Positions 49,575-62,553 of a stretch of 64,000 nt of DNA are shown piece after piece. Below the pieces are notes generated by a model. The model worked only from the letters and a program-made list of their open reading frames with translations. It had not been told where the DNA came from and ran no database searches. Location: NCBI GenBank assembly GCA_964252035.1, contig OZ176202.1, one strand, 5' to 3'. The position numbers were made by a program, and so were the translations under genes. This DNA is from Podarcis erhardii. Its lineage: Eukaryota. How positions within the stretch are numbered: position 1 is the first letter of the stretch; every line of letters begins with the position of its first letter.

Positions 49575-49975
49575 AAGATAGCATCATTCAGCGATTTTGG
49601 TTTGCTCCATTTCTCATATTTCCAATCTGAAATTCAGTTCTCCATATTTCTGCAGCAATTTGCATTTTTTAAAAAGAGAAATCCTCATGAAAATACTTCA
49701 GCATTTTAGTGTCAATTTCTCCTAATAAACACACATTTGTGTGCAGTTTTGACTATTGTACATGTTTTTTTGTAAATGATTGCTCCTAATATAATGCATT
49801 TTTGTATATTACTTTCACTAATATATTCATTTTTATGCACACTTTCTCCTAACACAATGCATTTGTAAACATTGGTTACTTAGAGAACTACATGGTGAAC
49901 TTTGGATCCATGCAGATTTCAAAGGATGGCTGAGTTTTGGATCTCATAGTGTTTCCTAAAGTGTGAGTGAACTAA
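49575..49975 (-). mobile_element. AT-rich squamate interspersed repeat (class uncertain)
   Basis: Reverse complement of the 41990-42296 family (tttccaatctgaaattcagttctccatatttctgcagc...tcctcatgaaaat). Confidence 0.7.
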
Positions 49976-50792
49976 ATCAACCCCCCCCCCCGGATCCCTA
50001 TGTATGACATATGATGCATTAACCATAACTCATGCGAGAGCTTTTGGGCAACAATCTCAAAGAAGGGAGAAGGCAAAAGGGGAAACAGTTTTGACCTCAC
50101 CAATCCCCCACTTAATTTTATAACCAGCCTTACTGCAACACTTTACTGAGCTCAAACATGAAGCACCAGGCCCCTTGCTATGAAGCCAAATTGCTTTTTG
50201 AACTCATGTTCATGGATCAAATCCATGAAAACCAATGGAACCTATTTAAAAGTGGGCACTTTCATAACAATTGTATAATGAATTCTTTTTTTAACGGGAA
50301 GAGTGTGACATAATATAATAAACGATGTCCTTATCTCTGCAGATAGCCTGGTTGTCCTGGAGTCCCTCCCATGTGGACTGACATCTGTGGCAGGTGCAAA
50401 AGAAGGGTTTTTAAAGCACAGGACCTTCAAGGTGAACTGGGCAGAAGTGGGTTGAATCATGTTGTGGGATATTTCAAGATACATTTTTAAAGGATGCATA
50501 ATTTTCTCCGGGGAGATTACTCAGAACGCAACAAAGGAAGGCCTTTCCTAATTAAATACAACAGTACTTTTGGCAGTAAGGGGGGCAAGCTCTCAGACTC
50601 CGAGTCTCCTTAGATGGGCTCATTTCTTTGACAGTCTTTGGCCTTGACTTTCTGTCCTCAGAAATTCATTTCCAGCATCTCCTGCCAAACTGTCTTCTCT
50701 TCCTTCCTCTAGTTTATTTATCCTGAGCTCCTTTTGCCTGCCCTTTCTAACATTTCCTTCCCTTCCTGCTGTCAACTTGACAAACCCCTCAC

Positions 50793-50902
50793 TTGGATCT
50801 CAGCTCTTTCTCTTTGTTTTCCTCTGTATCCTTCTCTCGGCTTTTTGCCTCATCCACCTCCGTAGCTGACACTGCCACTGAAAATGATGGAGAGACTTCG
50901 TT
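50793..50902 (-). CDS. Candidate 110-nt exon (NEVSPSFSVAVSATEVDEAKSREKDTEENKEKELRS), gene unknown
   Basis: Minus strand: ctgctgtgcctccacag|AACGAAG...AGATCCAA|gtgagg. Only frame 0 is open, giving a charged E/K-rich peptide. Confidence 0.35.
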
Positions 50903-51704
50903 CTGTGGAGGCACAGCAGTATACCCACCACATCAGTGCACACAGAGGCTGGTATATGCACACAAGGATTGGTTTCCCCCCACACCACCCAAGTGAGAAG
51001 AAAAGGAAACAAGAGATTTTGTTTCCTACCCCCCAAACCCTCCCTGATGAATCATTTCATGATTCTGCCACAATCCTTCACAACGTTCCATGACTTATTC
51101 TACTTATCTCACTTAATTCAGTGGGATTTTGAAGCAGTTTAACACTGTGCAGGATTTCAGTCCACGTCTATAATTTTCCTTGGACTAAATGTTTTGCGGG
51201 GGGTAGGATTAGAGACAAAAAAATAAAGTATTTGATGCGGAAGAGCAAATTAATTCCATATAAGTAAAAAAAATCCCAAACAACCCTCATAATTCTAGAA
51301 ATGTACAAATTAAATTTTACTTGGCCATTTTGTTGTCATTCTTGATCAGGAACTCAGTGTTTCATTACAGTATCGGTAATGAAAACACTGTACTTTCATA
51401 ACAGGCTGTTAGTATTCCACAAAGATTGACTAAGCGGGCTAAAATTGGATGTATTTGTTACATTTGATTTCCTAAAAAATGTATGTGTGAAAAAAGAGGA
51501 GATTAGCAATCTATAGTGTTTTGCTGGACAGCATAGTACTTTGAAATCATTTGTGGTTTTCATCACATGTCTGACACATCATATGCAAAGCAAATTGCTT
51601 ATCATATTGCACATGTCACTTTTCCTCCCTCCTTTGCAAAGCCTGGGTCCTGCATGCAAACTCTGAAATGGGATTGATCAAGTCTTAATGAAGCCAGACC
51701 TTTA

Positions 51705-51782
51705 GCTGAAATTCCAGCATTGCAAAGGGTTGGAATAGATGACCCTCAGGATCTCTTCCAACTCTACAATTCTGTGATTCTA
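51705..51782 (+). mobile_element. CR1 3' terminus
   Basis: gggttggaatagatgaccctcaggatctcttccaactctacaattctgtgattcta: a CR1 3' end with the ATTCTRTG tail. Confidence 0.85.
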
Positions 51783-52239
51783 AGGGGCCTTCCTATGTCC
51801 CACTTTCTATGTCCTTGCTCTGTACTTGGTGGTGGGAAGTCATGGAAGAGATGGTTTCATTTGTAATAGAAAGGCTGCAGGAGTGCCTAAGATTTTCTTA
51901 TGAATTTGCAGTGTTGGTGGGTTAGATTTAGGAGCAGCTAGGGTGGAGGTGCCCTGCCATTTACCAGGCCTCCTGGCACTGCCATCACTGTGGGTTACCA
52001 GGAAGGGGAGATGGTAGGGAGGTTGCTCAGAATGGGGACATAAGTGGGAACACCACACCCTCCCCACTGACCTCCCCATTTGCTGGTCCCTCCATCCAGT
52101 AAGCTACACTGGCCCTAGTGACAGCAGGCTTGCACTAGATGCCCATATGCTATCAGACCAGGTTCAAGGTTCTTCTATTAATTTGAAAAATTCACAGATT
52201 GTGTCCAGGATACTTCAGGGAGCACATGATCCCTTTATC

Positions 52240-52520
52240 TCTGCTTTATGCTTGAGGTCTTTGGGAAGTCACTGTTAGTGGTCCCCTGTGGCTTGGACAC
52301 AGGGCTTGTATCTGTGAGGAGCTGTGTCTTCGTTACTGTGGCCCCAATTTTGTGGAATTCCTTTCCAGTTGAGGTCAGGTAGCCCCTTCCCTGTTGAACT
52401 TCTGTAGTTAGTAATAAAAAATTCTACTGGGCTTCTTAATTGAACTCTGATTTTATGGTTTTCTGTCTCTTGTGCCCTGCTTAGAGATAGTTGAATAAGC
52501 GGTATACAAATAGTTGAAAT
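52240..52520 (+). mobile_element. L2 3' fragment
   Basis: Translates ...VTVAPILWNSFPVEVR*.PSLL, and ends gaataagcggtatacaaatagttgaaat, an L2-type tail. Confidence 0.65.
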
Positions 52521-54055
52521 GGGTAAATGAAAACTAAATGCCCAAGCCCCTTCTTGCGGTCCGCTCTTGGGTAGCATAATGGAAACTGTACTTCTCATTA
52601 TGTATATTAGCCTTGAATATAGTATAAATTGCATGGGGATATCTGATACCTGTCATGTGTTCTCTGTAGGCAACCTGGCTTGAACCAGATCCTTACTGCC
52701 ACCATTTCCAGGAAGCAGCACAAGTCAGAAGTTTTAGAAATTGTGCTTCTCAGTGCTATTCCAATTCCAGGAGGAAGGGCATGCGGGTACACTAGATGAT
52801 GCCATTAGAAATGTTACAGAGCCTAGAGGCCTTCACTGTCTCAAAATTAATTTTTAAATGAGATTAATTTTCAGGCACCCAGCAGCCATTTTTAAAATAT
52901 CAATTTAGAATTGGATGCAAGAGGGAGGAGCGGGGAGGGTCTGGTCATTGCCATCTGCTTTTGTATTCAATTTTTTTGTAAAGGGCTTCTAGTTGTGATA
53001 CCAGTGTAATGGGAGTTATGGTTCATTTGTATGGTTATTGCTGTTATTATTGACATGAAAATGCTATGAAAGTAGTCAGCCCCCTAGTCTGTACCAAAGC
53101 AAATATGTATAAACACATGCACATGAACTATTGATTAGCTAATTTAAAATGGTGATAAAATAATGTGACTAGTCTGGTCCCCGATAGCTTTTTACCCTAG
53201 ATAATAACTCCAGATATTATATGTATTAATGATATCTGCATTAGTGCCAAGTAGAGTTCATTCTGGTTCAAGTTAATAAAACAACCGCTGAAGGAATTAA
53301 TAAGAGCTTGCTACTTGTTGCAAAACAATTGAAACCCTGGAGGACTTGATATTAGAAAACTCCTGGGTGGTTGCTTCTTGTGAAAACTTTTGAATTAATT
53401 GTATTAAATATAAACATTTCTTAACTCCTGCAAGATTTACATTCCATGTCTCTCTTATAAATGCCATTCCTAACTCTTACTGCTCCTTTGGGACTTATTT
53501 AATTTAGCAATTGCTCTAGAAAGCACTTCATAAAAAACAATTATTGAATTAATTGTGCTATTTCTAGCATAGCATTCATTTATGACATCCTCACCACCTG
53601 TAATCCCTATCCACAATTCCCTTATAGAAGCAAAATTGAGTAATTTTCAGTTCCTATTATACTCTATATTTATGATTATAGTGGAAATCTTGGCATGCTT
53701 TATGTTTAGGTCTTACTGTGCAATCTCACCCAGGGAATATGCCAGTTGGAGCTCTTTTCTAGGGTCCTATACATGTTTATCCACATATATGCCCTACTGA
53801 GTTCAATGTGTCTTGCTACCATTTAAGCGTGTTATGTAATTGCAGTCTATAGATGTGTACATGCACAGTCTTAAAGTGCATTCACTGCCTCTTGCAGATG
53901 CTTGGGAGGGGGGCAGATATATCTGAAATGTTGTGAAGTCATCAGTCAATTATGAAGGCCATCAATCTTTGGACCCTTTCAGACAAACAATTTATACTGG
54001 GCCTATTGTGCAAGGTAACAGCCCTGCAGTAACTCATAACCATCCATTCATACAA

Positions 54056-54245
54056 TGAGATCTACACCTGAGGCTCTTCTTCAGGCACTCCCAGCAGCAG
54101 AAGGTGGGAAGAGACCAGGAAGAGGGTCCTTTCAGTGGTGGTATCTTGCCAGTGGATGGCCTTCCCAGGAACGGTCACTGGTGCTCACATTGCTATCATT
54201 TTGGTGCAATACAAAGACCTTTCTATATTCACAGGTTTTTAAACA
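54056..54245 (+). mobile_element. L2 ORF2 C-terminal fragment
   Basis: RSTPEALLQALP...gtcctttcagtggtgg...aagacctttctatattcacaggttttt, corresponding to RAFSVV...KTFLF..AF. Confidence 0.7.
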
Positions 54246-55239
54246 GTGCTGCTATTACCAGCTTTTGCTAACTGTGGCTATGCTCTTATTAATCTTCCTT
54301 AGTCTAAACTGATGACCAAGATCTAGCAAGCTCAGTATGAATCCCACGGCCCTGAAAACGGAATTGTGGGAAACTTCTGTGTCCTTACTTTAGGCACTGC
54401 TACCATTTCCAACTTAGAATTACAGTAAATCATCCTAACTGGATTCTTTCACATAGAAGCAGCTTTAAATAACACAGGACTAATTCTCACTGTAGATGCC
54501 ATGTTGTAATTACCTTAGTTCAGAATAGGCATTGGTTTGACTCACAATGCTTCCATGTATTATTAATTGAACATCATTTCTCCAGAAGCTCTTTGCCATC
54601 TCGGAATATTTCATGAGGTTCTTCACATGCGCAGGCTGCATTCAGATGGACCAGCCTCCTTTGTAGATAAAACCAGAAAGTTATGTACTGTTAGGTCCTT
54701 CCTTCTCAATGAAACTTCTGTTTATTACTGCAAAATTACATAACCAGACCACCCAACAAAGCAGCCTTTTGTTTAATGAGTGTTCCTTCTATTTGGCTCT
54801 GGTGTCTCAACGGCTCCTTGCAAATGTTTTATGTGGTTGTTGCCCCCCATCCAGACCTAAAATCCTCTCCTGCTTGGGGTGGCGATGGGGACAGGTTGAA
54901 TTTCAGAGTGGCTCTTAGCCATGGCTAATACTAGCAGTAACAGTTCCCTGGGGCACTGTTGTGTGTGTACAGCCTCACCAGAGCTCTTAGAAAGAGTTGA
55001 GCTTTTTTTTTGGGGGGGGGGGCTAAACACTCACAAAATAGTCATAAATTCCAAGCTGGTTCCAATAGAAATGGATTTGTTTTTCACACAAACAGCAGCT
55101 GAGGCAATAAAACAGCTCCTGGATAGCTCACTACTTCAGACTGCATGTGGGGGGTTATATTAAAAAAGGAAGCATTCCCTGCAAATGAATAACTAGTATA
55201 TGAAAGAGCTATGCTTAAACTCTTTCCCTTGCTATCTAA

Positions 55240-55500
55240 GGTCACATTCGTACCGAGCATTTAAAGCACTATGATACCACTTTAACAGCCATTGCTTCCC
55301 CTCAAAGAATCCTGCAAACCACAGCTTGTTAACTGTAGGTGTTGAGAATTGTTTGGAGACCCCTATTCGCTTCTAGAGTATTTTAACAGTCAATTCCTCT
55401 TCTCAGCGAACTCTGGGAAATATATGTGAGGATAAGAGGGGTCTCCTAACAACTCTCAGCACCTACAGTTAACAAGCTACAGTTCCCAGGATTATTTTGG
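55240..55500. mobile_element. Long palindromic squamate MITE (related to 32902)
   Basis: Starts ggtcacattcgtaccgagcatttaaagcac. 42-bp inverted arms at 55323-55364 and 55437-55478. Confidence 0.8.
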
Positions 55501-55641
55501 GATTCTATATGCATGCAGTTTTGTTTTCACGAAGAAGCATTAGACCATACAATGCCCCACTCCATCTGAGGGGGTACAGTCCAGGAACAGTTTTTAGCAT
55601 CCCACCTGATGAATGTGTGTTAACTATCCAAGACATCTCAA

Positions 55642-55831
55642 ATAGGAAACTGCCTTAAAATGAGCCAGACCCTTGTTTCATCTAGCTCAGCATTGACTCC
55701 ATGGACTGGAACTGGGTCTCCAAGATTTCAGACCCCACATCCCCAGCCCCACTAGGAGATGCCAGGGATTAAACCTGGGGGCTTCTGTATGCCACGGCCC
55801 TTCTCAATGAAATGCTACAGCTGCTATGGCC
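55642..55831 (-). mobile_element. tRNA-derived SINE (Squam2-like)
   Basis: Reverse complement contains cagaagcccccaggtttaatccctggcatctcc...gagctagatgaaacaagggtctggctcattttaaggcagtttcctat. Confidence 0.75.
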
Positions 55832-55998
55832 ACCTTCTTTATAGCCTAGGGGGAACTTCATTGACCATATAGTCCTCCAAGGCACAGAACTGCACATAGA
55901 ACGGCCTCTTCATGGTTGAACTACTGTAGCTCTTTAATAAAATTTGCTCCATCTCAGTAAGCATTTCACAGTTGTGGAGCTAAGAAACCTATTAAAGT

Positions 55999-56020
55999 TG
56001 TGTGTGTGTGTGTGTGTGTG
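55999..56020. repeat. (TG)11 microsatellite
   Basis: Direct reading. Confidence 0.95.
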
Positions 56021-56041
56021 CTCAGCTCAGAGTCTATCAAA

Positions 56042-56289
56042 GAAGAAGAAGGAGAGTTTGGATTTGATATCCCGCTTTATCACTACCCGAAGGAGTCTCA
56101 AAGCAGCTAACATTCTCCTTTCCCTTCCTCCCCCACAACAAACACTCTGTGAGGTGAGTGGGGCTGAGAGACTTCAAAGAAGTGTGACTGGCCTAAGGTC
56201 ACCCAGCAGCTGCATGTGGAGGAGCGGGGACACAGACCCAGTTCCCCAGATTACGAGTCTATCGCTCTTAACCACTACACCACACTGGC
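56042..56289 (-). mobile_element. CORE/Ther1(MIR)-type SINE (Squam3-like), full length
   Basis: Reverse complement starts gccagtgtggtgtagtggttaagagcgatagactcg, then CORE-like gggtgaccttaggccagtcac, an L2-like tail and (CTT)n. TSD tctatcaaa at 56033-56041 and 56290-56298. Confidence 0.88.
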
Positions 56290-56657
56290 TCTATCAAAAG
56301 GTAGTGTGCATTGGCATTCTCTTCTCTTCCAACACAAACATTTTTCCCTCCTGTGCACATGGCTAGGTCCTGTTTTGTTTTATGCCATACTGATTAAAAT
56401 CTGGGAGGATCAACAGGGACCAGTGGGAATTTCTATGTTTCCTTCTTACCACTTCAGGCAAACACCCCAATATTAAAATCAAGCCACTGGGCGATTTGAA
56501 GAGTAAACAAGCAAGCAAGCAAGCAAACAAACAAACTAATCAGATGTATGTATAAATTATGTTTGTTGGATTTTGAATGCTAATTTCACCAGATGACTTC
56601 TAGGTACGTTAATTGACAAATGTCATTATTCCTGCCCCTCCTTTGTTGGAACCTTAT

Positions 56658-56734
56658 AGTTCAATCCCATGCATCTTTACTCAGATGTGAGTCCCATTGT
56701 GTTCAGTGGGACTTTTGCATAGGATTGCAGCCTA
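56658..56734. mobile_element. Short palindromic squamate repeat (caatcctatgc...ggattgcagcc family)
   Basis: Termini caatcccatgca/tgcataggattg and inner stem agtccca/tgggact. Degraded relatives at about 1555, 24075, 37025, 46375 and 53765. Confidence 0.65.
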
Positions 56735-57096
56735 AGATGAGTTTATGTGATTCAATCATCCTTCTAATTATCCATTCTGTTCTTAAATTAAAACTCCCTC
56801 ATTTCTTAGCCTAATAAATCTTAGGGTCACTTTTCACTACAATATTCACTACAATATGGAATTTTTTGTGCAAAGCCCTATGAAAGGTTTACACACATTT
56901 GAAATAGGCTTCCACCCCTGCTACAATATGCTGAAGCATTAAAAGAAAAGGGAAAGGGCTACATATCTCTTTCCATACGTTTCAAAAGGGAAGGTCTATG
57001 CTTGCAACACTGATGTGCCTTTCACAGCTGATGAAGAGCAGTTATGTTCTGTAAGTATTCATACCAAAGTATTATGTAACTTGTGAGAAGCAGGTA

Positions 57097-57332
57097 CAGT
57101 GGTACCTCAGGTTACATATGCTTCAGGTTACATACGCTTCAGGTTACAGACTCTGCTAACCCAGAAATAGTGCTTCAGGTGAAGAACTTTGCTTCAGGAT
57201 GAGAACAGAAATTGTGCTCCGGCGGCGCGGCGGAGGCCCCATTAGCTAAAGTAGTGCTTTAGGTTAAGAACAGTTTCAGGTTAAGAACGGACCCTACGGA
57301 ACAAATTAAGTACTTAACCCGAGGTACCACTG
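57097..57332. mobile_element. Tc1/mariner-type MITE (236 bp)
   Basis: TA TSD at 57095-96 and 57333-34. TIR cagtggtacctcaggtta / cagtggtacctcgggtta (17/18). Confidence 0.93.
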
Positions 57333-58818
57333 TATTATAATGTAAGGTGTTTCATACTGCTAATTGTTGTTATTACTCTTCCCTGTGACCCACCCTGGAA
57401 ACACTTCTGTTATATCTTTTCTGAAACAGGATTACTATAATGCTGTTTCCAAGATATAGATGAACTACTCCTTTAAATAGCACAGTACCATAATTTTATT
57501 TTCTCTACTCTCCCCTTCCTGTTTCTACTAATCCATGGATCATGCAGAACCTTCATTTAGACTGTCTACCTCATTAATTTCAATCAAGAAAGTCAGTGCT
57601 TGCCCATATTCCTTTGCTGATGTGGATCAGCTCCCCCAGAGATCTATATGAATATCTGATTGCAAGCAGATCTCTAGAGTGAGGCAATAATCTTCAGATG
57701 AGCCATTTTCTGTCATGTGTATCATATGAATTACAACTTTAAAATAAAAACCTGACATTGCCTTCTCATAAATATCAGGTATGTTCTTTGCATTAAAAAA
57801 AAAAAAAGGTTTAGAATATCTGGCAAACTGTTGTTAAAGTGGGACATTAAAAATAACTCACATTCTAGAAATCAACAAAATTAGCACCAGAACACTCATC
57901 TTCCTCATAATTCAGGCGGTGGAGATGAAGAGTAAATGTATTCAAATGAGAGTCATTCCCTCCTCCTTTCCGACACACATTCTAAAGGGATGGAACACAT
58001 TGTGAACTATTAGCACATTGAAAATGGCAGTTGATTATAGAGCATGGGTGCCATTATTGGAAGAGTTTAGTCTGTCATCAAATGCCAGTCAGAGCACAGT
58101 GTTCGAGGAGCAGGAACATCAGATGTAGAGAAAGTGAATAGCCATTAGGCAGAGGTTGAGGAAGAAGAGTGGGAAAGGAACTGAAGCAGAAAATTAAATG
58201 GCCTGATACTGACGTTAAATAATAGCTGTGGGTCACCCTGAATCTTACTGGCCTGATAGGGAGCACACATTAACATTCCTTAGTTGTGATCAATTTTTTA
58301 TGTGCCAGGTACTTTTCACTGTGCTCTTAGATGAACTGGGTGGCTTCTGCTGTTTAAAGGCTCTTTGATTATCTAATTTTGCTTCATACCCTTTGTGAAA
58401 TTTTGGATACTCCACCCTCCTTTCATTAACTCTTCTTTTTTAAAAAATTGGCCCTCCTCTGGGTCCCTCTCTCATCAGTCTCTAATTATTATTGCCATCC
58501 ATTCTGGTTTGGCTGCTGAGGCCTAGCGATCTGAGGTGGCCACATGGGAAATCAGTGCTGCTGAGATATGTGTTAGAGCTGCCAGATTCATGTCTAGCGG
58601 GAGGTTCTTTTTTTCTGGCTTTCATTAGCTCTTTTGCTTTTTTTGTTTGTTTGTTTGCTTCCCTGAAAGCAAAAGGTGGAAAAAGATTACAGTGAAAACT
58701 AGAAGGGCTTGAATGGAACGCTCAGTGGTTTCAGGACCAGGGATTCTGGCAGTTTTGCTGCCTGGTCTTCTCTGTTCTAATTCAGAGGATCTCAAGTAAC
58801 GAAGAGGCAATTTGGTAT

Positions 58819-58851
<33 letters not shown>
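58819..58851. repeat. (CT)n(GT)n compound microsatellite
   Basis: Direct reading. Confidence 0.95.
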
Positions 58852-59438
58852 AAGAGAAAGCTCTGCTGGCTTTCTCCATGAAGGGCTAGACTAGAGTAAG
58901 GAGGAGTGGTCTTTTCATCCCTCGCCCCACTGACATCAGTGAGTGGGGAAATACCTGCAAAAGCTTCAGGCTGGTGTAGGTAGGAGCCCCAGTCAGTGGT
59001 GCACTTGGGTACTACTGCACCCTGTGTTTGGCCCTATGCCCTTGCACTGCCTTCCCAAACGCAGGTAAGGAGGTGCTCGGCTTTGGAAGGGAAGCGTGAA
59101 TGATCTGGCCAGCTCCTGGAACCCTCCCACCTCCTTCTCAAACCTGGTGAAGTTCTAACTAGGCTTTGAGAAGAATGTGGGTGGACTCTAGAACCCTGTC
59201 CGAGCCTCATGCCCCCTTCCCAAAGCTCAGTGCCTCACTTACCAGGCTTTGAGGTGGTGCCATCTCAGCTCAGTGCCTAGTGTATGTGCCTCCTCCTTGC
59301 ACGGCTCTAAATCTACCCCGACCCCATTCCATGGGCATGTTAGAGGAATAAGCAAGCTTTGGATGTGGCGGATTCAGGCTGCTGCTTTGGTTTCTACCAC
59401 TGACAGGGAGATTGCTGGATGCAGAAGGGAAAGGGTAT

Positions 59439-59588
59439 ATCTGCTTTGCATGCAGAAGGTCCCGGGTTCAATTGCTGCCATCTCCAGGGCTGGAAATGTC
59501 CTCTTTCTGAAAACCTTGGAGAACCACTGCTAGCCAGAACAGATAATCCTGTGCCATTAATCTGACTCAGTATAAGGCCACACCTTCT
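59439..59588 (+). mobile_element. tRNA-derived SINE (Squam2-like), 5' eroded
   Basis: atctgctttgcatgcagaaggtcccgggttcaatt...ctgaaaaccttggagaaccactgc...ctgactcagtataaggc. Confidence 0.8.
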
Positions 59589-59694
59589 GATTTATGTCCA
59601 TGAAGCACACAGAGGGACTCTGGGGGTAGATGTGCTACCCCACCAGTGGAGCTGCTTTGACCCTGCCTCAGCTGGCCTTTGCCAGAAGTTAAAA

Positions 59695-59760
59695 CTGCTG
59701 TGCTAGTCCCTGTTTGATAAGTATTTGATCCTGCTGTGCTAGTCCCTGTTTGATAAGTAT
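59695..59760. repeat. Tandem duplication (30 bp identical, period 36)
   Basis: ctgctgtgctagtccctgtttgataagtat at 59695-59724 and 59731-59760. Confidence 0.95.
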
Positions 59761-60448
59761 CTTGAAATCTTATTGGTCCACCTTCTCCTCATACGAAACT
59801 CATACTCATAATGAAATTTATTAGCTGAACTGTTCTGAGTCATTTTCATTCTGAAGGGCTCTCAGATTTATCTGAGTGATTTTTAAAGTCTCTCTAAAGG
59901 GTTTTTTTTTTTTTTTAAGTGGTAAGTTTTCAGAAATACTTTTCTTAATTTCCCCCCCTAATCACCTCTAAACTCAGATTTCTTACTTATCAGCATGCCC
60001 TCTGTACCATAGAGTATTGCCTTGCAGAACTGCTGACCAGCTGCAGTTTTGGGTGCTTTCATGTTCTCCTCAGAACTTCTGCCTTTTTAATTTTATTTCC
60101 CCTCCATCCCAATGAGAGAGGCACGGCAGCAGCAGAATGCAAATGGGAACTGCCAAGAGAGGAATACACAGTTTGTCATTTGTCACTGCCAAGACTCATC
60201 AGTAATACAGTATCATGAGAGAAGAAGAGGAGGGGAAGAGGTGATTTTACTTCAACATTTAAGCATGATATTGAAGTGAGATTTGGATAAATTCCCCCAA
60301 AGAAAACTAATGCTTACTTTGATAGTTGCTGTGAAGCAAAGACATGTAGACAGGGAGGCATCATTCATTTTCTTACTCCAGAGACTTCTTTCAGTAGCTT
60401 GCTTGATGTTTTTAAAATTCTGCCTCACTTTGCATACCTGCTCCATAC

Positions 60449-60558
60449 CTGTTGAAGACAGCAGATGTGGCATAATTGACCAGGAAGTTCTCCTGCACAT
60501 GGGGATGCTCTTGCACAGCTTCCGTTCCTTTCGAGGGGGTTGTGTGTGGAAGAAGTTC
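60449..60558 (-). CDS. Candidate 110-nt exon (e.g. ELLPHTTPSKGTEAVQEHPHVQENFLVNYATSAVFN), gene unknown
   Basis: Minus strand: branch-like ctactgac, then ttgcgcaccatttaacag|GAACTT...TCAACAG|gtatgg. All three frames are open, so the phase is ambiguous. Confidence 0.3.
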
Positions 60559-61614
60559 CTGTTAAATGGTGCGCAAAGTCAGTAGGAACTCCCAATAAAC
60601 TATCTGCCTCATTTGTAAAAAAGTTAGATAATCTCATTTTACCTTTCATGTTAATGGGGGTTTACCTAAATCCATTCAGCAAGACTATATTCTAAGAAAG
60701 GCAAATAAGAACAAATTGGGTGAAAAAGTAATAAAATAGGCAGAGATTTAATAGATTAGTGAATTATGAAGCTAAGTGCAGACATGCTGCTTCATATACT
60801 AGTACCGATTATTAATACTGAGTGTTGCTTTTGGCAACATAACCACAATTTTGTAGCAGGAAGTTAAGAATTCTTTCAAAATGTCTTTTGAGTGATGGCA
60901 TTCTGTCTGGCTATTTGGTGCCGTGCTTGTTATTTTATAAACATTGTATGTTTTATTAAATTTTAATACCCATTTATATGTGGGTCTTTATTATATTCCG
61001 CTCCTGCAGTGCCCAAAGCATTTTTGAATATTATGTTATGGTTATGTTTATGATCATCATGTTGCTTAATACAATCTGGATATGGGATCCAATTTTTCTT
61101 TGGTTTCTCTTCCTGATTTTCTTCTCTTAGCTTTGAAGCATTAGTAGCTGAGGAAAAGAAGCACACTTCCATGTAGATAAAACAGGTCCTAAAGCAGTTC
61201 TACATAACACTTTTAAGACAGATTTATGATGTGCATGGAGGTACTAATGTAGCAAATTGGCAATCTTGTGGCATATGTTTGAGATTCTGGAGGGTAGGAA
61301 AAACCACTTGCATTCAACTGACAGCCAACCTGCCAGTTGTTGATTGCAGCATCTATACATAACCAGAAAATACAATGAATATTTTATATCAGTCCACTGT
61401 TGTTTGGAGGACTTCTTTGGAGACTTCTGCTTTTACATGACATCAGTGCTGTCCACAATTGCTTGAGAGGTCTTTATGCAGCAACCAAGCACCACTGGGT
61501 TCAGCATCATGAAGAAACATACCTTTAAGAGATATGTATGGTCTAATGTAGAAACGTTCCTAGTGGTAATCAGCATTCATGTCCCAAAACTCCTACACTG
61601 TTGGATATTCTCAC

Positions 61615-61710
61615 CAAAAGTGGTAGCATGAGCCAAATGTGGAAGTATGCATCTCTTTGGAGATATTTATTGCCAGGTCTATGTCCAGTGACTGTACAGG
61701 CAGCAGATGC
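61615..61710 (-). CDS. Candidate 96-nt exon, gene unknown
   Basis: Minus strand: tgttcctacccccatgtgttccag|GCATCTG...CTTTTG|gtgaga. Two open frames (ASAACTVTG...LPLL or HLLPVQSLDIDLAINISKEMH...). Confidence 0.25.
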
Positions 61711-62553
61711 CTGGAACACATGGGGGTAGGAACAGACCGGCAGCAGGAAAGGGTAATCAAATGGCTCCCTCAGCACTGAATTGCCAATGTAAAATGGGTT
61801 CGGTACCAGATGGTATTGTGCTCCAGATCTCATCAGCCGGCATACCCAATGATCATGGACAATGGGAATTGTAGTTGATCAAAGTAGTTAGGCACAGGTT
61901 CCCCATCAAGTTACACAAACAGAGAGATTGCGGCATCTTGGAGTTACAAAGCAGACAATGAGATGGGATTTTCTCTTCTGATAAGCTGATTGCCAGGGCT
62001 TGCATTTCCAATGTGAATATCCTAGATTTAGCTACCAGCAGTTCTCTCAAGCGGGTGGGTCAAACTAACTATGGCTTTGATTTTCACGACATGAATATAA
62101 TACATTCCCTGCAAAGCTCATATACCCAGTCCACTTGGTTTCAATGGGGTTTGAATGCAAGTAATTGAATGCAAGCTTGGATATCCAATTCCCCATGCCC
62201 TTTTCAAGATCCCATCTTAAATTTAATGGCATTGAAATTGTGGAAAGGCAAATTGGGACTGAAATCATAAGTGTTGGCCAATAACATCATTAGGAAATAT
62301 TGGTCCTATTATTTACACTTTTGCTGCAGGCTTTAGCCAAGACATAACCCTGCATCTAGACCATTGTTGCAGCAGTTGCCAGGGATAATTCCAGGTACTA
62401 GCAGCCATCATTTCTGTTTTCCTGCACATTTGACCAGAAAAGTAGCATAGAATTGTGATTCACAGTAGGTTAGTTGTCAAACATGCATAGTCTACTAATG
62501 TCTGAATATAATCTGATTTTTTAAAATAAGCCTTCTGGATTCTGTACCCTCAC

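Noticed and set aside
57100-57330. CRISPR-like short repeats with spacers
   Set aside because: The repeats are about 10 bp, degenerate, irregularly spaced and inside a TA-flanked MITE. The genome is eukaryotic and there are no cas genes.
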